Of a stretch of 54,307 nucleotides of DNA, positions 25,085 through 36,200 are shown in pieces (within the stretch, counting starts at the first letter, position 1; each line of letters begins with the position of its first letter). Origin of the DNA: a virus (taxonomy: Duplodnaviria > Caudoviricetes). The translations under genes were made by a program, and so were the position numbers. The notes under the pieces were generated by a model. The model was not told where the DNA came from. It worked only from the letters and a program-made list of their open reading frames with translations, and did not search any database. The stretch spans positions 1 through 54,307 of IMG/VR virus record IMGVR_UViG_3300045961_000035. One strand, 5' to 3'.

Positions 25085-25755
25085 TGGCTTACGTATACAG
25101 GCACATAAGACTTGACAACAACTGCCCCTTCTATGTAGGGATTGGCAGTGATGCCACGTATGCAAGAGCAAATAGCGTTAGGAACAGGAATAAGTTTTGG
25201 AAAAACATAGTCGGAAAGACTGAGTATCGTGTGGACATCATGATGGACGACATCACCTATGAGTCGGCAAAAGCCAAGGAGATTGAGTTCATATCTATTT
25301 ATGGCAAGGAAGTAGATGGCACGGGTACGCTTGTAAACATCACGAACGGAGGAGACGGATGCAAGGGACTTGTTCACAGTAGTGAGTCGAGAGAGAAGAT
25401 GGGCATGCCAAACAGAGGGAAGAAGATTTCCGAATGGCATAAGTCAAGGATATCTGAATCTCATTCTGGTAAGGTGGTGTCTGAAGTAACTAGAGAACTA
25501 ATCTCGATGGCTGTGTCTGGAGATAACAACCCAATGTATGGGAAGAAAAGGAGCGAGGAAGCAAAGATGATTACATCTATTGCTAGTCGCGGAAGTAAAA
25601 ACAAAAGTTCAAAACTAACTGAAAGCGAAGTACTTAAGATTAGAAGTGTTAAAGATGAAACGGGCGTATCTTCGAGCAAGATTGCAGACATGTTTAATGT
25701 TTCTAAATCAACAGTAAAGGGTATACTCGCTAGACAAACCTGGAAGCATATTTAA
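25084..25755 (+). CDS. GIY-YIG-like homing endonuclease with NUMOD3 repeats and HTH
   Basis: YVYRH..FYVGIG..R, E..FI, LVNITNGGDG, HSSESREKM, NPMYGKKRSEE and C-terminal HTH. Confidence 0.85.
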   Translation: MAYVYRHIRLDNNCPFYVGIGSDATYARANSVRNRNKFWKNIVGKTEYRVDIMMDDITYESAKAKEIEFISIYGKEVDGTGTLVNITNGGDGCKGLVHSSESREKMGMPNRGKKISEWHKSRISESHSGKVVSEVTRELISMAVSGDNNPMYGKKRSEEAKMITSIASRGSKNKSSKLTESEVLKIRSVKDETGVSSSKIADMFNVSKSTVKGILARQTWKHI

Positions 25756-25756
25756 C

Positions 25757-28189
25757 ATGGATGAGGTCCAACTAAACATTTTATCGGCTGGCTTTCCAAA
25801 CCAGTTTGCAACCGAAGCCGAGAAGGCAAGCAAGGAGTATGGCCTAAAAGTTGGTCAGGGAATACAAGCCGAGTGGTTCCGCAAGGACGGAACGTCCAGG
25901 TATTATGACCAGTGGCGTGACTTCAATCGACTTAGACTCTACGCGAGAGGCGAGCAGTCGGTCGCCAAATACAAGAGCGAGCTCGCCATTGACGGAGACC
26001 TTAGCTACCTTAACCTTGACTGGACGCCGGTTCCCATCATCCCTAAGTTTGTTGATATTGTTGTTAACGGGATGAACGACCGGCTCTTTAGTGTCCGTGC
26101 CTACGCGCAGGACGCGATGTCTGCCGAGAAGCGCAACCAGTACCAGGACATGATTGAGGGCGATATGGTCGCTAAGGATGTGCTGACGAAGATGTCGGAG
26201 AACTTTGGCATCGACCCGTTCGTCGTCAACCCCAACGAGCTGCCGGAGGACGACGAGGAGTTGAACCTGCACATGCAGCTCAAGTACAAGCCCGCTATAG
26301 AAATTGCGGAAGAAGAGGCAATTAATACCATCCTCGCTGAGAACCACTTCCAAGACACGCGTAAGCGTGTAGAGTACGACATCACCACGGTGGGTATTGG
26401 TATTGTGAAGCACGAGTTCCTGCCCGGAGCTGGCGTACAGATTTCGTACGTAGACCCAGCCAACGTGGTGTACAGCTACACGGAAGACCCATACTTTAAG
26501 GACTGCTTCTACTGGGGCGAGGTCAAGACCGTGCCCATCAATGAGCTCTTGAAGATTGACCCCACGCTGACTAAGGACCAGCTGGAGGAGATTTCGAAGT
26601 ACTCACAAAGTTGGTACAATTACTACAACGTAGGTCAGTTCTACGAGAACGATATGTTCTACCGCGACACGGCTACGGTGATGTACTTCAACTACAAGAC
26701 CACGAAGAAGTTCGTATACAAGAAGAAGATTACGGAGAACGGTGGCGCTCGTGTTATCGAGAAGGACGACACGTTCAACCCGCCTGTTGAGATGATGCAG
26801 GAGGCTGGCTTCGAGAAGATTGAGAAGACCATCGACGTATGGTACGAGGGCGTAATGGTCATGGGAACCAACATCGTCCTTAAGTGGCAGATGATGGAGA
26901 ACATGGTTCGTCCTAAGTCGTCTTCACAGAACGCCATGCCGAACTACATTGCCGTAGCTCCTCGCATGTACAAGGGTAACATCGAGTCGCTGGTGCGCCG
27001 CATGGTACCTTTCGCTGACCTCATCCAGATTACGCACCTCAAGCTCCAGCAGGTTATTGCCCGCGTGGTGCCAGACGGTGTGTTCATTGACGCCGATGGC
27101 CTCAACGAGGTCGACCTCGGTACTGGCGCAGCATACAACCCAGAGGACGCACTGCGTCTGTACTTCCAGACCGGTAGTGTCGTAGGCCGCAGCTACACCG
27201 GCGACGGTGAGTTCAACAACGCCCGAGTACCCATCCAGCAGCTGACGTCCAACTCAGGACAGTCTAAGATGGCTGCACTGATTGGGAACTACAACCACTA
27301 CATGGACATGCTTCGCACGGTGACTGGCCTCAACGAAGCGCGTGACGCATCTACGCCTGACCCCAACGCACTTGTTGGCGTTCAGAAGCTGGCTGCCCTT
27401 AACTCAAACACGGCGACCCGTCACATCCTTGACGGAGTTCTGTTCTTGACCCGTACGCTGGCTGAGGCGCTGTCTTGCCGCGTGTCGGACATCCTTGAGT
27501 ACGCTGACTTCCGTGACGAGTTCGCCATGCAGATTGGCAAGTACAACGTGAGACTGCTTGACGAAATCAAGCACCTGTACCTGCACGACTTCGGCATCTT
27601 CATCGACGTGGCTCCAGACCTGGAGGAGCGTGCTCAGCTTGAGGCCAACATCCAGATGGCGTTGTCGAAGGGCGACATCAACCTAGAGGATGCCATTGAC
27701 GTGCGTGAGATTAAGAACATCAAGATGGCTAACCAGCTGCTCAAGGTGAAGCGTAAGAAGAACTTCGACCAGATGCAGATGGCTCAGATGCAGCAGCAGC
27801 AGATGCAGGCGCAGCTCAACATGCAGTCACAGCAGATGGCAGCGCAGACTGCAGCCCAAAAGATTCAGCTCGAGGCCCAGGCCGAGATGCAGGTCAAGCA
27901 GGCGCAGGTGGCGTTCGACATCGAGCGAGCTAAGGCTGAGGCTATGCTCAAGAAGGAGCTGATGGCTGAGGAGTTTATGTACCAGATGCGAATCAAAGGC
28001 ATTGAGGTAGAGGGACTTAAGGGTCGCGAGAAGATGAAGGAGGACGAGAAGGCCAAGCGCATTGACCGCCAAAACACTCAGCAGTCCAAGCTCATCGAGC
28101 AGCGTCAGAAGAACCTTCCGTCGATAAGCTTTGAGTCTAACGAAGACTCACTGGATGGCTTTGACTTCGCCGAGTTCGAGCCGAGATAA
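25757..28189 (+). CDS. portal protein
   Basis: 810 aa after terL; LRLYARGEQS..YLNLDWTPVPIIPKFVDIVVNG; Gln-rich C-terminal coiled coil. Confidence 0.88.
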   Translation: MDEVQLNILSAGFPNQFATEAEKASKEYGLKVGQGIQAEWFRKDGTSRYYDQWRDFNRLRLYARGEQSVAKYKSELAIDGDLSYLNLDWTPVPIIPKFVDIVVNGMNDRLFSVRAYAQDAMSAEKRNQYQDMIEGDMVAKDVLTKMSENFGIDPFVVNPNELPEDDEELNLHMQLKYKPAIEIAEEEAINTILAENHFQDTRKRVEYDITTVGIGIVKHEFLPGAGVQISYVDPANVVYSYTEDPYFKDCFYWGEVKTVPINELLKIDPTLTKDQLEEISKYSQSWYNYYNVGQFYENDMFYRDTATVMYFNYKTTKKFVYKKKITENGGARVIEKDDTFNPPVEMMQEAGFEKIEKTIDVWYEGVMVMGTNIVLKWQMMENMVRPKSSSQNAMPNYIAVAPRMYKGNIESLVRRMVPFADLIQITHLKLQQVIARVVPDGVFIDADGLNEVDLGTGAAYNPEDALRLYFQTGSVVGRSYTGDGEFNNARVPIQQLTSNSGQSKMAALIGNYNHYMDMLRTVTGLNEARDASTPDPNALVGVQKLAALNSNTATRHILDGVLFLTRTLAEALSCRVSDILEYADFRDEFAMQIGKYNVRLLDEIKHLYLHDFGIFIDVAPDLEERAQLEANIQMALSKGDINLEDAIDVREIKNIKMANQLLKVKRKKNFDQMQMAQMQQQQMQAQLNMQSQQMAAQTAAQKIQLEAQAEMQVKQAQVAFDIERAKAEAMLKKELMAEEFMYQMRIKGIEVEGLKGREKMKEDEKAKRIDRQNTQQSKLIEQRQKNLPSISFESNEDSLDGFDFAEFEPR

Positions 28190-28242
28190 TGTGTTCAAAC
28201 ACATTTTCTTTTTTATTATAACTTTGTAACAAACTCAAATCT

Positions 28243-29331
28243 ATGGAATTTACAGTAAAAGAAGTAGCAGCTGTTGAGTCGAAGTCCGTTCAAGAGATTG
28301 AAAAGGAGCTTCTCGAGAAGCACGAACAGCAGCTGCAAGAGCAGAGCGGGGCGACGGACACGTCACTCCAAGACACCGGAGCACAGGGCGGTGGAGAAAT
28401 CCCTGAGCTAAAAGAGGAAGAGGTTCTTTCATATATTGGAAAAAGGTTCGGCAAGGAGATTAGCTCCTTTGACGATTTAGTCAAGGAGCGCGAACAGTCT
28501 GAGCAACTTCCCGAGGACGTTGCCGCTTACCTGAAGTACAAAAAAGAAACGGGTCGTGGAATCAAAGACTTCTTGAAAGTAAACGAGAGCTTTGATGACA
28601 AAGACCCAGACAAGCTTTTGGTTGAGTACTATGCAGAGACGCAGGAGGACTTGGACCAGGACGACATCAACTTCCTGCTGCGTGAGCAGTTTGGTTACGA
28701 TGAAGACCTGGACGAGGAGTCTGAAGTTAAGCGTAGAAAGCTCGCCAAGAAAAAGGAACTCGCGAAGGCGAAGAAATACTTCGAGGAGCAACGAGAGAAA
28801 TATAAGGCACCGCTTGAGTCAAGTGGCGTGCCTTCTTCTGGAGTTGACCAAGAAGCATTACGCTCTTACCAAGAGTATCTCGCTAGTGCCAAGACCGCCC
28901 AGGACGAAAACCAGAAACGGTATGAGTGGTTTCAAAAGAAGACTGACGAGGTCTTCTCCAACGAATTCAAAGGTTTTGAATTCAACGTTGGTGATAAGTC
29001 TCTCGTCTTTACTCCGGCTGAAGCTGCGGAAATCAAGAAGACACAGTCAGACATCACGAACTTCATTGGTAAGTACGTTGGTAAAGACGGTCTGCTTGAG
29101 GACGCCAAAGGGTATCACAAAGCACTGGCTGTCGCCATGAACTCCGAACGCTTTGCTAAGTTCTTCTACGAACAAGGCATGGCTGACGCCGTGGACGACT
29201 TGTCGAGGAAGTCTAAGAATATCAATATGGATATGCGACAGGCTCCTCAGCAAGTAGGAAAGGGTGGAGTAAAGGTGGCTGCTGTGAACCAGGACTCCGG
29301 TTCTGGTCTCAGAATAAGAAGCAAAAAATAA
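28243..29331 (+). CDS. putative capsid scaffolding protein
   Basis: Acidic and helical, between portal and capsid; preceded by TAACTTTG. Confidence 0.65.
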   Translation: MEFTVKEVAAVESKSVQEIEKELLEKHEQQLQEQSGATDTSLQDTGAQGGGEIPELKEEEVLSYIGKRFGKEISSFDDLVKEREQSEQLPEDVAAYLKYKKETGRGIKDFLKVNESFDDKDPDKLLVEYYAETQEDLDQDDINFLLREQFGYDEDLDEESEVKRRKLAKKKELAKAKKYFEEQREKYKAPLESSGVPSSGVDQEALRSYQEYLASAKTAQDENQKRYEWFQKKTDEVFSNEFKGFEFNVGDKSLVFTPAEAAEIKKTQSDITNFIGKYVGKDGLLEDAKGYHKALAVAMNSERFAKFFYEQGMADAVDDLSRKSKNINMDMRQAPQQVGKGGVKVAAVNQDSGSGLRIRSKK

Positions 29332-29352
29332 ACCCATTAAAACCTTTCAACA

Positions 29353-30768
29353 ATGGCAGGTTCAGTTCAAGCCGTACCCGGCTTCGATTTACAACCCAGT
29401 GCAGAGCGCGTAGCGCTTAGCACTAACTACATCACGAACTTCGACTTCTTGAATCAGTATCTTCCCGATACGTACGAGAAGGAGTTCGAGCGCTACGGAA
29501 ACCGTTCTGTAGCTTCTTTCTTGCGCATGGTAGGTGCCGAGATGCCTTCTAACTCTGACCTCATCAAGTGGGCAGAGCAGGGCCGTCTGCACACCAAGTA
29601 CACGAACGTCACTTCAGCTGCTGCAGCTGGTTCTGACACCGCTACCCTTACTGTTAACGACACGCTCGTTCCAGGTTCAGGTGGCATCGCTGTACGCGTA
29701 GGACAGACCATCATGATTTCTCAGAACACCGCTGGTTCTTCTAACTTCAACAAGGCCATCGTAACTGCAGTTAACTACACTGCCGGTACGCTTGACGTTG
29801 CTTTCTACGAGGCTGGAGGCCAGACCTTCGCTGCTGCCGCCGTATGTAGCATGTTCATCTACGGTTCTGAGTTCAAGAAGGGTACCGAGGGAATGTTGGA
29901 AAGCCTTGAGGCTGACGACGAAATCTTCGAGAACAGCCCCATCATCATCAAGGACAAGTACGCAGTTAGCGGTTCTGACATGGCTCAGATTGGCTGGATT
30001 GAGGTTACTACCGAGAATGGTGCTAGCGGATACCTGTGGTACTTGAAGTCTGAGCACGAGACTCGTCTCCGCTTCGAAGACTACCTTGAGACCGCAATGG
30101 TTGAAGCAGTTCCTGCTGAAGCTAACTCTGGTGCAGTTGCTGCTACCGGCGCCGTTGGTAACAAGGGCTCTGAGGGTATCTTCTACGTTGTAGGACAGCG
30201 TGGTAACGTATGGGCTGGCGGTAACCCCACGACTCTTGGCGAATTCGATGACATCATCGAGCGTCTTGACAAGCAGGGAGCTATCCAGGAGAACGTTATC
30301 TTCTTGAACCGTCAGTTCGGATTCGACATCGACGATATGCTTGCCGCCCAGAACAGCTACGGCGCTGGTGGTACTTCATACGGTCTGTTCGACAACGACA
30401 AGGACATGGCTTTGAACCTCGGCTTCACTGGCTTCCGCCGTGGATACGACTTCTACAAGACCGACTGGAAATACTTGAACGACCCCACCATGCGTGGCGG
30501 AATCGTTGCTGGTAAAATCAACGGTATGTTGGTTCCTGCTGGTTCTACGACTGTATACGACCAAATCCTTGGTAAGAATGCCAAGCGTCCGTTCTTGCAC
30601 GTTCGCTACCGCGCTTCTGAAACAGAGGACCGTCGTTACAAGACTTGGGTTACTGGTTCTGCCGGTGGTGCTGCTACGTCTAGCCTCGACGCTATGGAAG
30701 TTCACTTCTTGTCTGAGCGTGCCGTTTGCACCCTGGGTGCCAACAACTTCTTCATCTTCGAAGACTAA
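29353..30768 (+). CDS. major capsid protein
   Basis: QYLPDTYEKEFERYGNR, WAEQGRLH, GFRRGYDFYKTDWKYLND; strongly biased codons; followed by a strong terminator. Confidence 0.88.
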   Translation: MAGSVQAVPGFDLQPSAERVALSTNYITNFDFLNQYLPDTYEKEFERYGNRSVASFLRMVGAEMPSNSDLIKWAEQGRLHTKYTNVTSAAAAGSDTATLTVNDTLVPGSGGIAVRVGQTIMISQNTAGSSNFNKAIVTAVNYTAGTLDVAFYEAGGQTFAAAAVCSMFIYGSEFKKGTEGMLESLEADDEIFENSPIIIKDKYAVSGSDMAQIGWIEVTTENGASGYLWYLKSEHETRLRFEDYLETAMVEAVPAEANSGAVAATGAVGNKGSEGIFYVVGQRGNVWAGGNPTTLGEFDDIIERLDKQGAIQENVIFLNRQFGFDIDDMLAAQNSYGAGGTSYGLFDNDKDMALNLGFTGFRRGYDFYKTDWKYLNDPTMRGGIVAGKINGMLVPAGSTTVYDQILGKNAKRPFLHVRYRASETEDRRYKTWVTGSAGGAATSSLDAMEVHFLSERAVCTLGANNFFIFED

Positions 30769-30774
30769 TCCCCT

Positions 30775-30810
30775 GAGGGGAGGGGGCAACCCCTCCCTTC
30801 TTTTTTTCTT
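30775..30810 (+). terminator. intrinsic terminator after the capsid gene
   Basis: GAGGGGAGGGG-GCAA-CCCCTCCCTTC-TTTTTTT. Confidence 0.85.
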
Positions 30811-30832
30811 TTAACTTCAAATCGTATCTAAT

Positions 30833-31582
30833 ATGTCTACAGAGTTTGTAGCGACCGAGGATAAAACTTACGTCCTCCGTCGGAACCACGCCCCCCTGAG
30901 CTTTATGCTCGCATCCCGTAACTCGCGACGCAAGCCGTTGCTTTACTTCGACGGGAAAACCAACAGAGCACTTCGTTATGCGCGCAACCAGCGCTCTCCT
31001 TTTGAGGATGAGCAGGATGGTAACGCTATCCTTGAGCCCATCATCTTTGAGGATGGCTTCTTGTTTGTGCCCAAAACCAACCCAGTGCTTCAGCACTTTA
31101 TGTCTATCCACCCCGGACACGGCAGCATCTTCGTTGAGCTGAACCCAGAGAAGGACGCGATGGAAGAAGTCGAGAAGCTTAACGCTGAAGTCGAGGCACT
31201 CGTCAAGGCACGTGAGCTTGACATCGACATGCTTGAGACCGTAGCCCGCGTAATGCTTGGCGCTAAGGTTGACAAGATGACCAGCGCAGAGCTCAAGCGT
31301 GATGTGCTTGTGTACGCCAAGAAGAACCCGATTGGCTTCCTTGAGATGCTGGCCGACCCAATGCTGAAGCTGCAGTCTACTGTTGCTAAGTTCTTTGACG
31401 AGGGTCTGTTGCGCACAAGAAACAACGCTCGCGACATTTACTTCAACCTGCCTGGCAACAAGAGCAAGATGCTCACGGTGCCTTACGGAGAGAACCCAAC
31501 GTTTATCGTGACGTCATACCTTCAGAGTGATGAGGGCATCGAAACGTACAAACTGTTGGAGCGTAACTTGCCGGGAGAGTAA
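30833..31582 (+). CDS. conserved phage protein
   Basis: 249 aa; RALRYARNQRSPFEDEQ motif; position after the MCP. Confidence 0.8.
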   Translation: MSTEFVATEDKTYVLRRNHAPLSFMLASRNSRRKPLLYFDGKTNRALRYARNQRSPFEDEQDGNAILEPIIFEDGFLFVPKTNPVLQHFMSIHPGHGSIFVELNPEKDAMEEVEKLNAEVEALVKARELDIDMLETVARVMLGAKVDKMTSAELKRDVLVYAKKNPIGFLEMLADPMLKLQSTVAKFFDEGLLRTRNNARDIYFNLPGNKSKMLTVPYGENPTFIVTSYLQSDEGIETYKLLERNLPGE

Positions 31583-31601
31583 TTTACCCTTCCTTTATGT
31601 T

Positions 31602-31646
31602 GGAGGTCTCCAGAAATGGGGGCCTCTTTTTTTTACTTTATCTTTG
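31602..31646 (+). terminator. terminator plus TATCTTTG promoter
   Basis: GAGGTCTCCA-GAAA-TGGGGGCCTC-TTTTTTTT; -7 box at 31639-31646. Confidence 0.75.
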
Positions 31647-31661
31647 TGAAAATGTTCACGC

Positions 31662-32360
31662 ATGATAAACTCAGTACGAAATACTGTACTAGCGGTAATA
31701 AATAAAAACAACTACGGCTACATATCGCCTTCGGACTTTAATTTGTTCGCAAAGCAGGCGCAGCTGGACCTATTTGAGAAGTACTTCCAGAAGTATAACA
31801 ATCAGATAAACAAGGAGAATGGCCGCGTGTCGGGCACTGGGCTTGCGCACATTAGCAAGCAGTACGAGGAGGTAATCTCCACGTTCTCTACGTCCGCTAC
31901 ACTAACGCAGGTCGCAGCCAATAAGTACACGCTGCCGGCCGACTACTACATGCTTGACGTCATCCAGTACAATGTGACTGGCACTGAGATTGAGCCCATC
32001 GCAGAGAGCAAGCTGCGCTACATGTCGTCTACCTTGATGTCGCCAACGTCAGCGTTCCCGCTGTACGTGCAGCGTGGCGAGGACATCGACATCTACCCGA
32101 CCACCATCACTGGCGCAAACGACGTGTCAGCATACTACATCAGAATGCCACGTGACCCGAAGTGGACGTACGTGTCGCTGTCTGGTGGAGAGCCACTGTT
32201 CAACCAGTCGGCCCTCGACTATCAAGACTTTGAGTTGCCGCTCTCCGACGAGCCGGAACTCGTTAACCTTATCTTGCAGTACGCTGGCATCTCAGTCCGT
32301 GAGGGCGACGTCTACACATTCAGCGACAGAGAAGAACAAAAAGAAGACGCAAGCGAATAA
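31662..32360 (+). CDS. tail adaptor/ring protein
   Basis: VLAVINKNNYGYISP.DFNLFAKQAQ..DFELP; position and size. Confidence 0.7.
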   Translation: MINSVRNTVLAVINKNNYGYISPSDFNLFAKQAQLDLFEKYFQKYNNQINKENGRVSGTGLAHISKQYEEVISTFSTSATLTQVAANKYTLPADYYMLDVIQYNVTGTEIEPIAESKLRYMSSTLMSPTSAFPLYVQRGEDIDIYPTTITGANDVSAYYIRMPRDPKWTYVSLSGGEPLFNQSALDYQDFELPLSDEPELVNLILQYAGISVREGDVYTFSDREEQKEDASE

Positions 32361-32365
32361 TAGAC

Positions 32366-33289
32366 ATGGCATACATAACTCAGTTTCAATACTATACGAA
32401 CAATGGCAATACGCCAGAGAACGTCAACTGGGGCTCGTATCAGTACGTTAGCCTTGCGGACATCGTCAACAATTTCATGTTGATTTACGCAGGCAACCAC
32501 GAGCTCGTCAACAACGCTAATCGGTATCAGGTACTGTTCCACGCTAAGCGTGCCATACAGGAGCTGAACTACGACGCATTTAAGGAGATTAAGGTGCTAG
32601 AGCTTAGCGTCGATAGTCAGCTTCGCTTCGTGCTTCCGAGTGATTATGTTAACTGGGTGCGCATCTCAATGTACAACGACGGATACATATTCCCGTTGAC
32701 TGAGAACATTCAGGTAAATAGTGCTGAGGCTTATTTGCAGGACAACTCAGGTAGAATTTTGTTTGACCAGAACGGAAACATTCTGAGACCACAATACTCA
32801 GACCTTGACTACGACCGCATCACCGGTATGCAGAAGAGTATCTACATGAACCCTGGAAGCCAGTTCAATGGGCAGGAAGGATGGAACTACGACGGCACGT
32901 GGTACTTTGAGTACAGCATTGGCGCTCGATTTGGATTAAACACCGAGACGGCTAACCGCAATCCTACGTTCCGTATCGACAAGAAGACTGGAGTTATTAA
33001 CTTCAGCTCTGAGATGATGGATAAACTTTGTATCCTAGAGTACGTGGCAGATGGCATGGAGGGCGGAGACGCATCGCTAATCACCGTGAACAAGCTGTTC
33101 GAGGACTACGTATACGCATACATCCGCTATGCCATCCTGTCGTCTAAGATTGGCGTTCAGGAATACATCGTCAACCGCGCAAGAAAAGAGAAGACCGCGC
33201 TGCTGCGCAACGCAAGAATCCGTATTAGCAACATGCACCCAGGTCGCCTGCTTATGAACTTGCGCGGTCAGGATAAGTGGCTGAAGTAA
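32366..33289 (+). CDS. tail adaptor/ring protein
   Basis: AKRAIQELNYD, LPSDYVNWVRIS, ILEYVADG motifs. Confidence 0.7.
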   Translation: MAYITQFQYYTNNGNTPENVNWGSYQYVSLADIVNNFMLIYAGNHELVNNANRYQVLFHAKRAIQELNYDAFKEIKVLELSVDSQLRFVLPSDYVNWVRISMYNDGYIFPLTENIQVNSAEAYLQDNSGRILFDQNGNILRPQYSDLDYDRITGMQKSIYMNPGSQFNGQEGWNYDGTWYFEYSIGARFGLNTETANRNPTFRIDKKTGVINFSSEMMDKLCILEYVADGMEGGDASLITVNKLFEDYVYAYIRYAILSSKIGVQEYIVNRARKEKTALLRNARIRISNMHPGRLLMNLRGQDKWLK

Positions 33290-33290
33290 T

Positions 33291-36200
33291 ATGAATATAC
33301 AGAACAACTTCCTCAGGGGTCGAATGAATAAGAGTCTCGACGAGAGACTTATGCCTCCGGGAGAATACCGGAACGCACTGAACATTGAGGTGTCTTCAGT
33401 AGAGGGCACTAATGTTGGCGCTGTTCATAATGTGCAGGGCAATACTCAGCTGACTACGCTTGAATATGATGGCGAAACTCTTGCTGATGCTGTATGCATT
33501 GGTGCCATAGCCAACGAGCCAAAGGGTATAATGTATTGGTTTGTACACGCTCCGGCAAATGGAGTGGATATGATTGTATCATACAACGAAAAGATTGAAG
33601 CACTCACATATCACGTGATATCATTAAGTGTTCTGAACTTCAATCCTCAGTACCTAATTACGGGTGTCAACATTATTGACGACCTACTTATCTGGACCGA
33701 TAACTACAATCAGCCGAGAAAAATAAACGTAAACCGTTCATACCCGGTTCCGCTGCTTGGAAACGATGCTATTACCGAAGCAGATATTGCGTTGATTCAA
33801 GCTCCGCCGGTGTCGGCTCCGACGACTTTGCTTACTAATGCGTCAGGGTTTGAAAATTATATTGACACAAGATTTGTATGTTTTGCGTACAGATATAAGT
33901 ACCTTGACGGAGAATACAGCGCGTTGTCTCAATTCTCAAATGCAGCATTTATACCGAGTGAGTTTCAACTAAATGAGAACACGTTCACTAATAGTGGAAT
34001 GACCAGCGTATTCAATGCTGTAGACGTATCGTTCAATACGGGCAGTAATAACGTCGCTGGCATTGACTTGTGCTTCAAATTAAACGACTCAAACGTAATA
34101 AACGTAATTGAGAAGTTTGATAAATATGAGCAAGGGTGGACTGATTACATTGATGTATCGGTTAAGTTCTCGTCAAACAAAATATACACCACGCTACCCG
34201 AGAGTGAGTTATTGCGTGTGTATGATAATGTACCGAGAAAGGCTAAGGCTCAAACATTGATGGGTAACCGAATTATGTTCGGCAACTATGTTGACGGTTA
34301 TGACATCACGTCTAGTACTAATCAACCCATATTGATTGATTACTTGACTGAAGCAGTCAGCGAGCCGTTAGCGCAGGACCAAGTTGCAGATACGACTACG
34401 TCTACGCTGCTTGAACCATACTTCGAGACACCTATTTTAAGCCCCACGTCGGTAATAAATCTTGATTTTGCTGATGTTCAGATAAGCGAGGGTGATGTTC
34501 TTACTATGAACTTCAACTTTGATATATCATCAACAAAAACAGTAGGCACGTCGGTAACTCTTTTGCCGCCAAACTTCCAAAACCTAAGACTTAGTGTTGC
34601 AGCCGATGCCAACTACGCAACGGCTTACGACTTTTGGAATTCTGCACACTTCCAAAACACGATAGGAACGGCACTCAACATACAGCCGGCAAACAATGTG
34701 TGCAATGGCTCTACGTGGACAGACATGTTTGTTTGCGCATTCCCTACTCCAATAGATACAGGCCCATCTCCATCTGGACAATGGGTGAAGTACGAGTATG
34801 GGGTGGCTGCCACTGGAACACCCATACTTAGTGAGTCAACAGTTGGTAGTGACATCATATCGCTTCAGTTCCCGGCGGTTCAGTTTGTTCGCAGTAACGA
34901 TACCGAGCCATATACTAGATACATCGTTCAATACTATAGCATTGACTCTGTTGTTGTTGAGTATATTCAGGCTGATGGATACAAGAACAGCTTGCACAGC
35001 AATAGGGGGTATGAAGTTGGAATTGTGTACATGGATGACTTTGGTAGAAATACTACTGCACTCATTTGCGAAACAAACTCTACGTTCTTTGATGCTGGCG
35101 CGTCAGACACGCGCAACTACATAAAGACTACTATAAATAGTATAGCGCCAAGCTGGGCTAGCAGATACAAATTTGTGGTAAAGCCATCAAAGGGGGCATA
35201 TAACATTATCTATAGTAGTGAATTCTACACGAATGTATCCTTAAATGGAGACTATTGGTTTAAGCTCGAGGGACAAAATCAATTGATTCCTCAGGTTGGA
35301 AGTCGGCTAGTGGTTAAAGCTGATACAGTATCTGCACTATCTACTTTGATTCAGGTTGACGTTCTTGATATTCAATCTCAAGCCGCTGGATTTATAGGTA
35401 GCGCAACAGCTGGACTGTACATGAGGGTTAGTGCAAATAACTTCTCGGTGTCAGGAACTCAAAACAATTTTGTTGTATTTGAGACTCAACCAGATGAGGT
35501 CAATGATGGCATTTATTATGAAGGCTCACAGAGTTTTCAGATTGTCAATGGATACCACTTTGGCAATGTTCAAAACCAAACTTCGCTGCAGCCAGCGATA
35601 GTAAACCTCAACTTCTACAACTGCTTCTGCTTTGGTAATGGTGTTGAGGGATACAGGGTTAATGATGGAATCACATCTCGCTCGCTGGTGATTGGAAACA
35701 GATTTAGCGCAGTGGCTAATGAAGATTACAAAGAGGCTAGAAGATTCGCGTCTATAACGTACAGTGGTGTTTATAGGGAGCAGAGTAACATTAACAAACT
35801 CAATGAGTTTAATTTGGCCTTAGCAAACTATAAGGACATCGAACAAATTTTTGGCTCGATACAAGTATTGTTTGGCCGACAAACGGATGTACTAACGCTG
35901 CAAGAGGACAAAATATCCTATGTGCTGGCCGGTAAGAATTTGCTGTCTGACGCTGCAGCTGGTGGCTCTATCACTTCAGTTCCTGAGGTACTCGGAACGC
36001 AGATTGCTCGCCTTGAGGACTATGGAATTGGACTGAACCCGGAGAGCTTTGCCTCATATGGATATGACAAGTACTTCACTGACGCCAAGCGTGGTGCGGT
36101 CCTTAAGATTACTGGTTCGAGTTACAGCAACGACCAGATGGAAGTTATATCTGAATATGGTATGGCATCATGGTTCCGCGATAGATTCATTGAGACCGCG

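Noticed and set aside
27770-27910. CAG-rich tandem repeat
   Set aside because: Simply encodes the Gln/Met-rich coiled coil of the portal C-terminus.
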